DNA of 64,000 bases from Candidatus Freyarchaeum deiterrae (GCA_037305845.1 CP147778.1:2816001-2880000); one strand, 5' to 3'. Positions 18,762-29,184 are shown, numbered from the stretch's first letter. Made by a program: numbers and translations. The notes: generated from the sequence alone by a model not told the origin.

Positions 18762-19802
18762 TTAAGAGTACCGAAATAGCGAAACTGCAAAGTCCTCGCT
18801 TGAATTCTTCCGGTGAAGTGAGAGCCGTTTCGTACCACCATCGATAATGAATACGTTCAACTCATCGAACGCCCGGTGATTAATCAGCTTGGAGAAACCA
18901 TTGATATTATTTATCAAAGTTGAGAGAATGATTCCACTGAGCTGAGGAAGCGGCTCACCTTCCTCATGGATGATGCTCCCATTTTTTGGGAGAGTTGATC
19001 TGTTCAGGGTGAATGTATTTTTGTGGGATAAGCTAACTAAAGAGTCTAAGGAAGCGTAGTAACACATGTTAATTGCAGCATCTAGAACCTCCTGTTCAGG
19101 AGTCTGCGGTGCACCAGTTGCCAAACTGAGGATTTTTCCACTCCAAACAGAAGCGACCGCATATTCTTGTGAACGGATGGTGAAATAAGAATACGAATCT
19201 GAGAGTCCTAGTTTCGAGAGAGCTTGTTGCAGCGTCGTGAATAAGAGTAAAAATTCCTTAATCTGCTCTTCTCTGAACAAAGGTTTTGGACGGGCAAAAT
19301 GGGTGATTTCCTTTCTCTCCTCTGAATCTACTAGAAAGGCAAGCGGTATGTTTGTTCTCTTCTGAAGCATTTCCTTGATGTAAGATGCCTGTCCTTCTAC
19401 ACTAAAAAGTTGAGATACTAGCACCGAAATCTCCTTTTTTAACTTCTCCTTCTCCGGAGTGTTTAATACCGGAAACTCTTCTTTGGAAACCAGAGTTTGC
19501 TCAACAAGGTCGTGAATCTTCTTTAGAGCATCTCTAGCAAGGCGCTCTGGCACTTTTCTATCGAAGATACTCACAACCACTTTGTCCTCGTCGCAACACT
19601 TCATAAAAAGAAAGTACTCCCTTTCCGTCGAGAAGGAATCAATAACATCCGAACGAGTAGTCTCACTGAAATCCTTGATTGCACTTAGAAGACCTGAAGA
19701 AAGAATAATAGATGAATCACTATCCTTCATCTTTTTATCACTAGAATAATAGAAGAAGGGAATACCATTGCCAATAACAAAAACCTCTTTGAGCATTTCC
19801 AT
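18762..19802 (-). CDS. Longin-domain protein, putatively with three longin/roadblock-like units
   Basis: N-terminal VFVIGNGIPFFYY...ILSSGLLSAIKDFS...IDSF matches the Asgard longin pattern. Start moved from 19853 to the ATG at 19802. Confidence 0.7.
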   Translation of the reverse strand: MEMLKEVFVIGNGIPFFYYSSDKKMKDSDSSIILSSGLLSAIKDFSETTRSDVIDSFSTEREYFLFMKCCDEDKVVVSIFDRKVPERLARDALKKIHDLVEQTLVSKEEFPVLNTPEKEKLKKEISVLVSQLFSVEGQASYIKEMLQKRTNIPLAFLVDSEERKEITHFARPKPLFREEQIKEFLLLFTTLQQALSKLGLSDSYSYFTIRSQEYAVASVWSGKILSLATGAPQTPEQEVLDAAINMCYYASLDSLVSLSHKNTFTLNRSTLPKNGSIIHEEGEPLPQLSGIILSTLINNINGFSKLINHRAFDELNVFIIDGGTKRLSLHRKNSSEDFAVSLFRYS

Positions 19803-20385
19803 TGAACTCACTTCCCGCCTGACGAAATTGATTCGCACATGAGGTTGTGACAACTTGCTCTTAAGCGACTTTTTTCTCCTAAACCATTATAGAACATATT
19901 TCGAAGGATAGAATATATTCTTTCACATTGCTCATTCCTTACTATAAGATAATAAGAATGCTTAGTCACCAAGTGGATTAAACCAGGATTGGGATAAACA
20001 CATACCAGCATCCCGTTTCTTCCCCTTATAACTAGTTGCTCAGCGTTTAGTAAATAATTAGCTGAGAAAAATGATTTTTAATTTTGAGCTAGGCTTTTAT
20101 GAAATTATTTTACAAGCAAAATTTGCGAAAGAATTATTTTATTAATTTTATAAGTGAATATCCCTTATCAACTTTTCTTACCGTATTATTATTCTGCCAC
20201 AAGTTTTTGTACTAAAAAGCCAAAACTTATAAGTTCCAAGCCAACAAGAAAACATTTTTATTGACTCGCTTCCCCATCTGTAAAATTTCCCCATTTATGC
20301 ATTTGGAAGTTACAGAACAAGCTGCATTTACTAATTAATCAATAAAACAAAATAAGAAATTAAGATAAAAAGTTTAAAAAATATG

Positions 20386-21189
20386 TTACCTACCTAGCCT
20401 TTTAAGTTCATCAGGTTCCATTTTTGCTATTTTCCCGTTTTTGTCGATAACGCCGACTTGGCGTACAGGCACCCCTGCCCAAACTGTATTCGGCGGAATC
20501 TTTGTATCCTTTGGAATAAATGACATACCCGCGATGAATGAATTGTCTCCGATAGTAGTCCCTGGAAGAACCATCGTTTCGCCTCCAACTACTGCATTAT
20601 TTCCTATTCTTATCTTCGCCATGTAGAATCGGTTTCCTTCAATCATATGTGTTGCCAGAATAGAGCTGACTCCACAGATAGCATTGTCGCCCATTTCAAC
20701 CATGTACGGCTCACCCATTATAGCGACTACAGCGTTTTTACCCATTTTTGCACCAAGGAATCTGTGAATTCTGGTCTGTAGACCTGGTTGCCCCCAAGGG
20801 AAGGCACCTACAGTCGCAGAGGCGAAAGCGGTCATAGCGGCATTCGAGACCCATTTTCTAACAGTCTCATCACGCATATCGAAATCGTGGGACCCCTCCT
20901 CCAGAGGCTTTACTGTAAAGTGTGCAAAGAGTAGCAACGTTAGTTTGAATGTCCACTTTACCACAAAGTACAGAAACGGGGTGAGAGCAATCCAAACCCA
21001 AATCGGCATATCAATACGATACATACTATAAAGCAGTATCGAAAGCAGGTACACGCCGTAACAAATTGCACCAGACACTGCACCTGCAGCTATAAAACTT
21101 ATTAGCGTAGCACTACCCAAAAGAACGCCGGTCTTCGGCGGTCTCCGTGTTTTTAAATCCTCTACTTTTTCTTCCTTCTTTTTAGCCAA
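20386..21189 (-). CDS. Membrane-anchored left-handed beta-helix acyltransferase
   Basis: Two N-terminal TM helices, then FLGAKMG, IRIGNNAVVG and WAGVP. Start moved from 21246 to the TTG at 21189, which follows GAGAGGTG. Confidence 0.75.
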   Translation of the reverse strand: MAKKKEEKVEDLKTRRPPKTGVLLGSATLISFIAAGAVSGAICYGVYLLSILLYSMYRIDMPIWVWIALTPFLYFVVKWTFKLTLLLFAHFTVKPLEEGSHDFDMRDETVRKWVSNAAMTAFASATVGAFPWGQPGLQTRIHRFLGAKMGKNAVVAIMGEPYMVEMGDNAICGVSSILATHMIEGNRFYMAKIRIGNNAVVGGETMVLPGTTIGDNSFIAGMSFIPKDTKIPPNTVWAGVPVRQVGVIDKNGKIAKMEPDELKRLGR

Positions 21190-21397
21190 GTTACAACACC
21201 TCTCATAAAATATTTTAACTACATTAACTCCAAGAGAATAAAACATTTACGTATTATAAATCATTGTCCATTTGTGCAGAAAGAATTTTCTCATTATCCA
21301 ATAAATTTATTAAATTGGAATATAGTCAAGCCATTCATAAGTTAAACGATTTCCACTTGTCCGCTTCTCCATTTAGAATTTAAAGGATGTAACTTGT

Positions 21398-21925
21398 TTG
21401 AGTGATGATAATGTTGTTCCCGTGTTTGCTCACGCTTTCTTCAGCGTATCAAGCGTCGGGGAGTTCCATCAACTCCTAACATACGATTACTACGATCCCG
21501 ACGAATACTACCTGAATCTTGAGTCAAACCCCGAGGAGTACAACAAGGAAATAGAAAAACTCTGGTTGAACATGCAGGGCTTCCTCAAGGAAGAGAAAAA
21601 CAAAGTTAATGGTAAAGCCGTCTACCCCAAAGTTATCTACACAGATATACAGTTCCGCGGTAGCGAAGACATGCCCTTTATTTTCTGGGTAATTAGTTTC
21701 AAGGGAGAGTTTAAGGAGGGAGAAAATGTTTATGTAACGTTCACAGAGGAAGAGGTTCTGGAATATGATTGTGATGCAGTATGGACATTTCCTGAGGACT
21801 GCGAAATTTTATCCGTTACTACTCCCATGGACTATGAGATTATGAATAATATTCTGCTCTTCTGGGCTAGGAAAGGTGATAAAATAGGGGGACATGAGGA
21901 GATAAGGTTCAAAATCAAGGGTTAG
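21398..21925 (+). CDS. Acidic hypothetical protein
   Basis: 175-aa ORF with protein-like composition and no recognisable motif. Confidence 0.65.
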   Translation: MSDDNVVPVFAHAFFSVSSVGEFHQLLTYDYYDPDEYYLNLESNPEEYNKEIEKLWLNMQGFLKEEKNKVNGKAVYPKVIYTDIQFRGSEDMPFIFWVISFKGEFKEGENVYVTFTEEEVLEYDCDAVWTFPEDCEILSVTTPMDYEIMNNILLFWARKGDKIGGHEEIRFKIKG

Positions 21926-22121
21926 AATTTTAATTGGTTTTTATTGTTCACGGTTATGGGTGATTGTGTACCAACCGATAACTTTATAATTCGGCAACCA
22001 TTTCTAGTCGTTCGATGGAGTTATTGCTTTTTGAAAAAATAAAATAACTGATACCCTAGTAGGAAAGGAAAAATATATCTATACCTATAATAATTTAAAA
22101 TAAGAAAGGGGAAAATAATAG

Positions 22122-24683
22122 ATGAAGAAAGAAAAAATTCCGATTCAGGGAATGCATTGTGCGACCTGCGCCGGAACTATAGAGAAATCACTATACGAAC
22201 TACAGGGTATTTCAAAAGCTGATGTTAGTTACGGTTCCGAGAGCGCGATTGTCACTTATGATGAAAACAAGGTTAATTTAAGCTCCATACACAATCAGAT
22301 AACCAAGGCTGGTTACGACGTTAAAAAGGAGAAAGTAAGACTGAAAATCGTTGGAATGCATTGTGCGACCTGTGTACAGACCGTTGAAAAAGCTCTACTG
22401 AGTGTGGAGGGTGTACTATCCGCCGAAGTTAGCTTAGGTGCCGAGAGTGCAATTGTTACCTACACTTCCCCTGCAACAATTGCTGATATGAAAAAAGCGG
22501 TTAAAGAAGCGGGTTACAAGGTAATAGACGAGTATTCAGAAAAAGAGGCTGCAAAGGTTCTCACAAGGCAGAAACGGATTTTCGCTTTTACAGTACTCCT
22601 CACAATTCCCATAGTTATTGGAAGTTTTGCTAGCGTACTTCCATTCCCGGTTCCCGCTATCATGCAGAATCCAATATTCCTGTTTCTACTCGCAACACCT
22701 GTTCAATTTATTGGAGGTTACCAATACTATAGAGGCTCTTATTATTCTCTCAGGAATAAGGTAGCGAATATGGATGTCTTAATAGCCATGGGTACGTCCG
22801 TGGCTTATTTCTACAGCGTATTTGCCACTTTCATAATTCCCGGTCAATTATACTATGATACCGGAGCCATGATCCTGTCGTTCATTTCTTTGGGAAAGCT
22901 CCTAGAAGCAATCGCTAAAGGCAGAACGAGTGAAGCGGTTAAGAAGTTAGTGCAGCTACAGGCCAAAACCGCTGTTGTTATCAGAGATGGGGAAGAGGTG
23001 GAAATTCCCATAGACGAAGTTGCTGTGAAAGATATCCTTGTAGTAAAACCCGGTGAAAAAATTCCTGTAGATGGAACCGTGAAAGAAGGGCACTCGACCG
23101 TCGATGAATCTATGATAACCGGAGAACCAATACCTGCTGAGAAGAATGTAGGAGACCAAGTTATAGGTTCAACCATAAATAAAAACGGTTACCTGCACGT
23201 AGAGGCGCAGAAGGTTGGCAAAGACACTATGCTTTCACAAATAATTCGAATGGTGGAGGAGGCTCAAGGCTCAAAGGCACCCATACAAAGTTTAGCTGAT
23301 AAGGTAGCTTCAATTTTCGTACCCTCAGTTATTCTTCTAGCATTTGGAGCCTTCCTATACTGGTTAATTATTGGGCAAAAAGATCCTCTGTTCTCGATGC
23401 TTATTCTGGTCGCGGTTCTCGTTATTTCATGTCCCTGCGCTCTAGGGTTAGCTACCCCAACCGCCATAATGGTGGGTACGGGTAAGGGAGCGGAAGCCGG
23501 TATACTCATTAAAGGCGGAGAATCCCTAGAGAAAGCCTACAAAATTAACACCGTGGTTCTCGACAAGACCGGAACCATAACTAAGGGTGAGCCAGAAGTA
23601 ACCGATGTAGTGGGCGATGTGCTAGAAATTGCAGCGGCGGTGGAAAAAGATTCCGAGCATCCACTGGCCGAAGCAATAATAAGAAAAGCCAAGGAAGAAA
23701 AAATCAAAATTCCAAACGTGAAAGCCTTCTACGAATATCCCGGTAAGGGAGTGAAGGCGGAGCTTAACGGAATGGAAATACTCGTAGGAAACAGAAAACT
23801 GGTCAAAGAGGAAAAACTGAAAAATAGCTTTGAAAAGGAGTCACGAAAACTCGAGGAGATGGGAAAAACAGTACTATTCGTAGCAGAAGACCGAGAAGTA
23901 AGGGGACTAATCGCCATAGCCGACACTCTAATGGAACACTCCATGGAAGCAATCCAGGAACTGAAAAACATGAACCTGGACGTGGTTATGATAACTGGTG
24001 ATAATCAGAAAACCGCTCAGGCAATAGCCAGCCAGGTCGGCATAGACCGAGTATTATCCGAAGTTCTGCCCGAGGACAAGGCAAGCGAAGTGAAAAAAAT
24101 CCAAGAGGAAGGAAGAATCGTAGCCATGGTGGGCGATGGAATAAACGACGCACCAGCCCTCGCACAGGCAGACGTAGGGATAGCCATAGGCTCGGGAACC
24201 GATGTGGCAATCGAAACCGGCGACATAGTTCTCATAAAACACGACCTGAGAGACATCGCAACATCCATAAGGCTGAGCAAAAAATCAGTAAACAAGATAA
24301 AGCAGAACCTGTTCTGGGCATTCATATACAACATTATAGCCATCCCTATAGCGGCTGGAATACTCTACCCCATACTATTACCTCCCGCCCTAGCAGCGGC
24401 GGCGATGGCAATGAGCTCAGTAACCGTTGTATCCAACTCACTCTTACTCAAAAGATTCAACCCCCAAAAGAGAAAAATAAAAATAAAAAAAGAAAAAGGA
24501 GGAGAAAAAATGGCAAAAGCTAAAGCTACCAAAGCTACCAAAGCTACAGACCCAGTGTGCAAGATGGAAGTAGATCCAAAAACAGCCAAATTAAAGAGCG
24601 ATTACAAAGGAAAAACTTACTATTTCTGTGCTCCCGGCTGCAAGAAATCATTTGACGAGAATCCCCAAAAATTTGTAAAGTAA
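22122..24683 (+). CDS. copA: Cu(I)-translocating P1B-1 ATPase with two HMA domains and a C-terminal YHS/TRASH domain
   Basis: GMHCATC twice, [30 protein letters not shown], and C-terminal [14 protein letters not shown]. Confidence 0.95.
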   Translation: MKKEKIPIQGMHCATCAGTIEKSLYELQGISKADVSYGSESAIVTYDENKVNLSSIHNQITKAGYDVKKEKVRLKIVGMHCATCVQTVEKALLSVEGVLSAEVSLGAESAIVTYTSPATIADMKKAVKEAGYKVIDEYSEKEAAKVLTRQKRIFAFTVLLTIPIVIGSFASVLPFPVPAIMQNPIFLFLLATPVQFIGGYQYYRGSYYSLRNKVANMDVLIAMGTSVAYFYSVFATFIIPGQLYYDTGAMILSFISLGKLLEAIAKGRTSEAVKKLVQLQAKTAVVIRDGEEVEIPIDEVAVKDILVVKPGEKIPVDGTVKEGHSTVDESMITGEPIPAEKNVGDQVIGSTINKNGYLHVEAQKVGKDTMLSQIIRMVEEAQGSKAPIQSLADKVASIFVPSVILLAFGAFLYWLIIGQKDPLFSMLILVAVLVISCPCALGLATPTAIMVGTGKGAEAGILIKGGESLEKAYKINTVVLDKTGTITKGEPEVTDVVGDVLEIAAAVEKDSEHPLAEAIIRKAKEEKIKIPNVKAFYEYPGKGVKAELNGMEILVGNRKLVKEEKLKNSFEKESRKLEEMGKTVLFVAEDREVRGLIAIADTLMEHSMEAIQELKNMNLDVVMITGDNQKTAQAIASQVGIDRVLSEVLPEDKASEVKKIQEEGRIVAMVGDGINDAPALAQADVGIAIGSGTDVAIETGDIVLIKHDLRDIATSIRLSKKSVNKIKQNLFWAFIYNIIAIPIAAGILYPILLPPALAAAAMAMSSVTVVSNSLLLKRFNPQKRKIKIKKEKGGEKMAKAKATKATKATDPVCKMEVDPKTAKLKSDYKGKTYYFCAPGCKKSFDENPQKFVK

Positions 24684-24827
24684 AGTAAGAAACAAAATAA
24701 AAATTCCAATTTCTACCTTTACTTCTTTTTTTATTTTTTTGGATAAATACTTCTAGAATAATAATTATCTAAGTGCTGATTTGTTTTTCAAAACTTTATG
24801 TTGAGATGCAAGAAATAATTTCTAAAC

Positions 24828-24846
24828 AAGCTATATCAGATAGCTT
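24828..24846. promoter_or_regulatory. Inverted repeat upstream of copB (candidate operator)
   Basis: AAGCTAT-N5-ATAGCTT. Confidence 0.3.
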
Positions 24847-24997
24847 AAAATTAAAACTTACTACATATCTATATTGTCCGTGATAAACATGGTGGGGATA
24901 CATGAACATTTTAAGTAAATTGCACCTCGCTTCCTCAAAAGATTTCCAAAATTCATAAAGGAGGGGTAAAACGAAACATAAACAACAAGACCACCAA

Positions 24998-27181
24998 ATG
25001 CATAATCAGATGCAACATAAAGAGCATCAAAATCACGCTCATCACATAGAAGAGTTCAGAAGGAGACTATGGGTTTCTCTCATACTAACAATACCCGTTT
25101 TACTTCTTTCAGCGACTATCCAGTCGTGGTTTGGTTTCAAAATAAACATCCCATACCAGAATGTGGTTTTGCTCCTTCTGTCTTCCGTTATTTACTTTTA
25201 CGGCGGATGGCCCTTCATAAAAGGCATGGTGCAGGAAATAGGAGACCGACATCCCGGAATGATGACCCTTATAAGTACAGCAATATCCGTGGCCTTTTTC
25301 TACTCCGCCGGGACGGTATTCTTCATAAGCGGAGAGGGCTTCTTCTGGGAACTTGCTACCCTAATTGATGTAATGCTTCTCGGACACTGGATAGAAGCAA
25401 AAAGTGTCCTCGGTGCTTCGAGAGCACTAGAAGAACTAGTTAGAATAATGCCCACAACAGCCCACCTAGTGAAAAACAGTAATATCGTAGATGTACCAGT
25501 CTCCCGGTTAAAGGCCGGTGATATCGTTCTGGTTCGTCCAGGCGAGAAAGTACCTTCTGATGGCTTGGTAGTTGATGGGGAATCCTTTCTCAACGAAGCC
25601 CTTCTGACAGGGGAATCCAAACCAGCCCATAAAAAAATAGAGGACAAAGTTATAGGCGGCTCCATAAACACGGAAGGCGGTCTGAGGGTTAGAATAGAGA
25701 GGACAGGGGAAGAAACCTATCTGTCACAGGTAATAAAACTTGTGAGAGAAGCTCAGGAAAGCAGGTCCAGAACTCAGGATCTGGCAAACAGAGCAGCGGC
25801 TCTTCTTTTTTACGTTGCAATAAGTGTTGGAGCAACAACCTTCCTAGTATGGTACCTCCTCGGAACTCCTGACTTCGCCCTTGAGAGATCCGTCACCGTT
25901 CTGGTCATAGCCTGTCCCCACGCCCTAGGCCTGGCTATACCTCTCGTTGTCGCTTTATCCACCTCAATAACTGCGAAGAGTGGAATCCTCATAAGAGATA
26001 GGAGAGCCTTTGAAGAGGCTAGGGATATAAATGCTGTTGTGTTTGACAAGACCGGCACACTAACGGAGGGCAAGTTTGGTGTAAGCGACATGGTTTCCTT
26101 CGTCTCAGAAGACGAACTCTTAAATCTGACCGCGAGTGTAGAACTCGACTCGGAGCATATAATAGCAAAGGCTATCGTGGAATACGCCAAGGAAAAAGGT
26201 ATACAAACTCCTCAGGTGCAGGAATTCAGAGCGATACCCGGTAAGGGTGCCTACGGAAGGGTTGAGGGCAGAGAAGTTTATGTGGGAAGCCCAAACCTCT
26301 TGGAAGAGATGAACATAGAGATAAAGGACAAGAAGATAAAAAAACTAATGGAGCAGGGAAAAACGGTCGTTTTTACAGTGGTTGATGGAAAACTCGCCGG
26401 TGCCTTCGCGCTCTCCGATAGGATAAGGAAAGAATCCTACGAAGCGGTTAAAAAACTAAAGGAATTAGGGGTAAAGGTTTACATGCTCACAGGTGATTCC
26501 GAAGAAGTCGCTCGATGGGTTGCAAAGGAACTCGGTATAGACGACTACTTTGCCCAGGTTCTACCTCATCAAAAGTCAGAAAAAGTCGAACTCTTGAAGA
26601 ATCAAGGCTATAGGGTTGCTATGGTTGGCGACGGTATAAACGACGCCCCAGCCCTAGTTACAGCCGATGTTGGAATCGCCATAGGTGCTGGAACAGATGT
26701 AGCTATTGAAAGCGCAGACATAATTCTTGTGAAAAATGACCCGAGGGATGTTACAAAAGTTGTTGATATTTCAAAGAAATCATACTCAAAGATGTACCAG
26801 AATCTGTGGTGGGCGGCGGGTTATAACATATTCGCCATACCCTTAGCAGCAGGCATCCTATACAATTACGGCATACTTATAATTCCTGCTCTCGGGGCTC
26901 TGTTCATGTCCGCAAGCACCATCATAGTCGCCTTAAACAGCCAAACTCTGAGGAAATATGAACCAAAAGGAGTAGAATTTTTAGAGAAGAAGCAAATAAC
27001 CACAGATCCAGTTTGCGGGATGAAGGTAGAACCAGAAGAGGCTGCGGGTAAGGCTGAGTATAAGGGGTACGTTTTCTACTTCTGTTCAGAAGAACATGAA
27101 AAGGAATTCAAGAAAAATCCTGAAAAATACTTCTCCAAGGCGAAGAAGAAACAGGAGGAACATAAGCCCCATCATCACTAA
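24998..27181 (+). CDS. copB: P1B-3 (CopB-type) copper ATPase with His-rich N-terminus and C-terminal YHS domain
   Basis: His-rich N-terminus, PGMMTL, CPH motif, DKTGT, GYN, MSAST and DPVCGM..FCSEEH. Confidence 0.92.
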   Translation: MHNQMQHKEHQNHAHHIEEFRRRLWVSLILTIPVLLLSATIQSWFGFKINIPYQNVVLLLLSSVIYFYGGWPFIKGMVQEIGDRHPGMMTLISTAISVAFFYSAGTVFFISGEGFFWELATLIDVMLLGHWIEAKSVLGASRALEELVRIMPTTAHLVKNSNIVDVPVSRLKAGDIVLVRPGEKVPSDGLVVDGESFLNEALLTGESKPAHKKIEDKVIGGSINTEGGLRVRIERTGEETYLSQVIKLVREAQESRSRTQDLANRAAALLFYVAISVGATTFLVWYLLGTPDFALERSVTVLVIACPHALGLAIPLVVALSTSITAKSGILIRDRRAFEEARDINAVVFDKTGTLTEGKFGVSDMVSFVSEDELLNLTASVELDSEHIIAKAIVEYAKEKGIQTPQVQEFRAIPGKGAYGRVEGREVYVGSPNLLEEMNIEIKDKKIKKLMEQGKTVVFTVVDGKLAGAFALSDRIRKESYEAVKKLKELGVKVYMLTGDSEEVARWVAKELGIDDYFAQVLPHQKSEKVELLKNQGYRVAMVGDGINDAPALVTADVGIAIGAGTDVAIESADIILVKNDPRDVTKVVDISKKSYSKMYQNLWWAAGYNIFAIPLAAGILYNYGILIIPALGALFMSASTIIVALNSQTLRKYEPKGVEFLEKKQITTDPVCGMKVEPEEAAGKAEYKGYVFYFCSEEHEKEFKKNPEKYFSKAKKKQEEHKPHHH

Positions 27182-27321
27182 AAAAACATTTTTCAGTTTA
27201 TCCCGTGGCTTCGGGCTAAGCAACCCTTAACATCATATCTCACCTTTCGACCTGGTCACTTAACTGAAGGTACCACTTAAGGGCTTAGACTTGCTGATAG
27301 TCAGAGAATAGAAAACTTTCA

Positions 27322-28722
27322 TCACTCCACACAACAGCTCATTTTGGTTATATCCCTTCTGAAGGATTGAGCAGTAATTTTTATTGCTTCGGATAATGTT
27401 GGGAATATGTGCAATGTGTCTATTACATCATCAATAGTCATTCTATTTTTGACAATCATAACTCCCTCATGTATTAAATCGGCAGCCCCGGATGCTAAGA
27501 TGTGAATTCCTATTATCTCCTGTGTTTGTTTATCAATTACAATTTTTACCGCTCCCCTTGTATCCTTGATTGCCTGTCCTTTCGGCACCAGTTCCATAGG
27601 AACGGTGTTGCATGCACAACTTATTCCCTTTTCATTTGCCAGTGCGTCTGTTAAGCCTACCCCTGCAAGCTGAGGATCGGTGAATACTGCCTGGGGGACA
27701 ACCCGGTAATCCATTGTTTTCTTATTTTCAGAAAGAGCATTGTTTACTGCAATCATCCCCTCTTTCGCTGCAACAGTTTCAAGCATCGGTTCTCCGGTAA
27801 CATCTCCAGCAGCCCAAAAATTCTCCACTGCCCGCATTTCCTCATTAACAATAACTTCTCCTTCCCTACCCAACCTGATTCCGAGTTTTTCCAACCCCAT
27901 ATCGGAAGTATTTGGTCTTCTTCCAGTTGCAACTAGTAATTGCTCTCCTCTGTATGATTTTTCTTTTCCATCAACAACCGCTTTTACAATTTTTTCCTTT
28001 CCTTCCAGTCTAACTCTTTTGATTTCAGCCCCCGTGTGAATTTCTATTCCCTCATCTTGTAAGTATCCTTGCAGAAGGCTGGTAAGTTCTGGTTCCTCTT
28101 TTGGAATAATCCTATTCGCTCTTTGCAGAAGACAAATCTCAGTTCCAAATCTTGAAAACATCTGAGCAAATTCTATTCCTAACGGCCCTCCACCAAGAAC
28201 TATTAGGGAGTTAGGTAATTCTTTCAACTGTAACACCTCAATGTTGGTGAGATAATCAACTTCGTTAATTCCCTCAATGGGAGGTACAGATGTTGAAGAA
28301 CCGGTTGCAATAATGAACTTATTTGCTTTGTAAACTTCTCCGTTCACCTGAACTTCAGTTTTTGAAACAAATTTAGCGTTGCCTTCAACGTATTCAACAC
28401 TAGAGAATTCCCTTAACACGCTCTCGTACTTTTCTTTCCTAAATTTCTCAACGAGTTTATCCTTTTCCTCGATAATGGTTTTGAAGTCAAAAGAAGCTGA
28501 TGCACTCAACCCTTCAAGGTTATGTGCTTTCATTTTGTGAATAACTTCTCCCACGTACAATAAGTGTTTAGTTGGTAAACAACCAACATTTACACAGGTT
28601 CCACCCATTCCAACAGCACTATTGTTTACCATCAACGTCTCAGCTTCAAATTCGTTGGCCTTCATAGCCGCAGCAAACCCTGCCGCTCCACCACCCAAAA
28701 TAATCAGGTGAAATCGGTTCAA
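27322..28722 (-). CDS. merA: Mercuric reductase (no N-terminal NmerA domain)
   Basis: GGGAAG, GGTCVNVGCLP redox pair, FTDPQ, HIFPTLSE and the C-terminal SCC pair. Confidence 0.9.
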   Translation of the reverse strand: MNRFHLIILGGGAAGFAAAMKANEFEAETLMVNNSAVGMGGTCVNVGCLPTKHLLYVGEVIHKMKAHNLEGLSASASFDFKTIIEEKDKLVEKFRKEKYESVLREFSSVEYVEGNAKFVSKTEVQVNGEVYKANKFIIATGSSTSVPPIEGINEVDYLTNIEVLQLKELPNSLIVLGGGPLGIEFAQMFSRFGTEICLLQRANRIIPKEEPELTSLLQGYLQDEGIEIHTGAEIKRVRLEGKEKIVKAVVDGKEKSYRGEQLLVATGRRPNTSDMGLEKLGIRLGREGEVIVNEEMRAVENFWAAGDVTGEPMLETVAAKEGMIAVNNALSENKKTMDYRVVPQAVFTDPQLAGVGLTDALANEKGISCACNTVPMELVPKGQAIKDTRGAVKIVIDKQTQEIIGIHILASGAADLIHEGVMIVKNRMTIDDVIDTLHIFPTLSEAIKITAQSFRRDITKMSCCVE

Positions 28723-28871
28723 GTTTATTCACCATCTTCTTTTTGCTTGGCAAAAATATACTCTGCTCAATAAGTACTAAATGAAACTTCTGTGTTTAAT
28801 CTATAAAATTATAAAAATTACAAGTTTTTTCGAGTTTAGTACGGTATGAGAATCCGTGTAAGTACAATATG

Positions 28872-29033
28872 TTAATACACGAAATACATCATCCACAACA
28901 TCCACCACATGCCGGACATGTGCCACCACATACCGCCTGTCCATATTAGTGCTCCAACTAGGATCACTAATACTACTAAAACAGCTAATATACTACCCAA
29001 TAATATTGTATTAGTAGATCTGTCTTCACTCAT
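28872..29033 (-). CDS. 53-aa membrane micro-protein with Met/Trp/His-rich tail (absent from the ORF track)
   Basis: GGAGG upstream of the ATG. Translation: MSEDRSTNTILLGSILAVLVVLVILVGALIWTGGMWWHMSGMWWMLWMMYFVY. Confidence 0.7.
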   Translation of the reverse strand: MSEDRSTNTILLGSILAVLVVLVILVGALIWTGGMWWHMSGMWWMLWMMYFVY

Positions 29034-29062
29034 TTTGAAACCTCCAAATGTATTATTCCCAA

Positions 29063-29078
29063 CTTTACAATAGTTAAG
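29063..29078. promoter_or_regulatory. Palindromic operator-like site upstream of the micro-protein and merA
   Basis: The minus strand reads CTTAACTATTGTAAAG, 15/16 identical to the palindrome at 35633 and 35659. Confidence 0.55.
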
Positions 29079-29184
29079 TACAATTAAAAACCTCTACTTT
29101 GATATTATTAAATTTATTCTACTAAAGGCAGCAATATACCTGTATGAAACTCATTGCGCTATTTCCTAGAAAACTAGCCTATTC

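Noticed and set aside
18749-18766. CTTAACTA-GA-TAGTTAAG palindrome as a member of the metal-island operator set
   Set aside because: The spacer is 6 nt rather than 4 nt and the site overlaps a stop codon. It may be a different site or chance.
22051-22066. CsoR-like operator ATACCCTAGTAGG upstream of copA
   Set aside because: Only a half-site match, and there is no csoR gene in the window.
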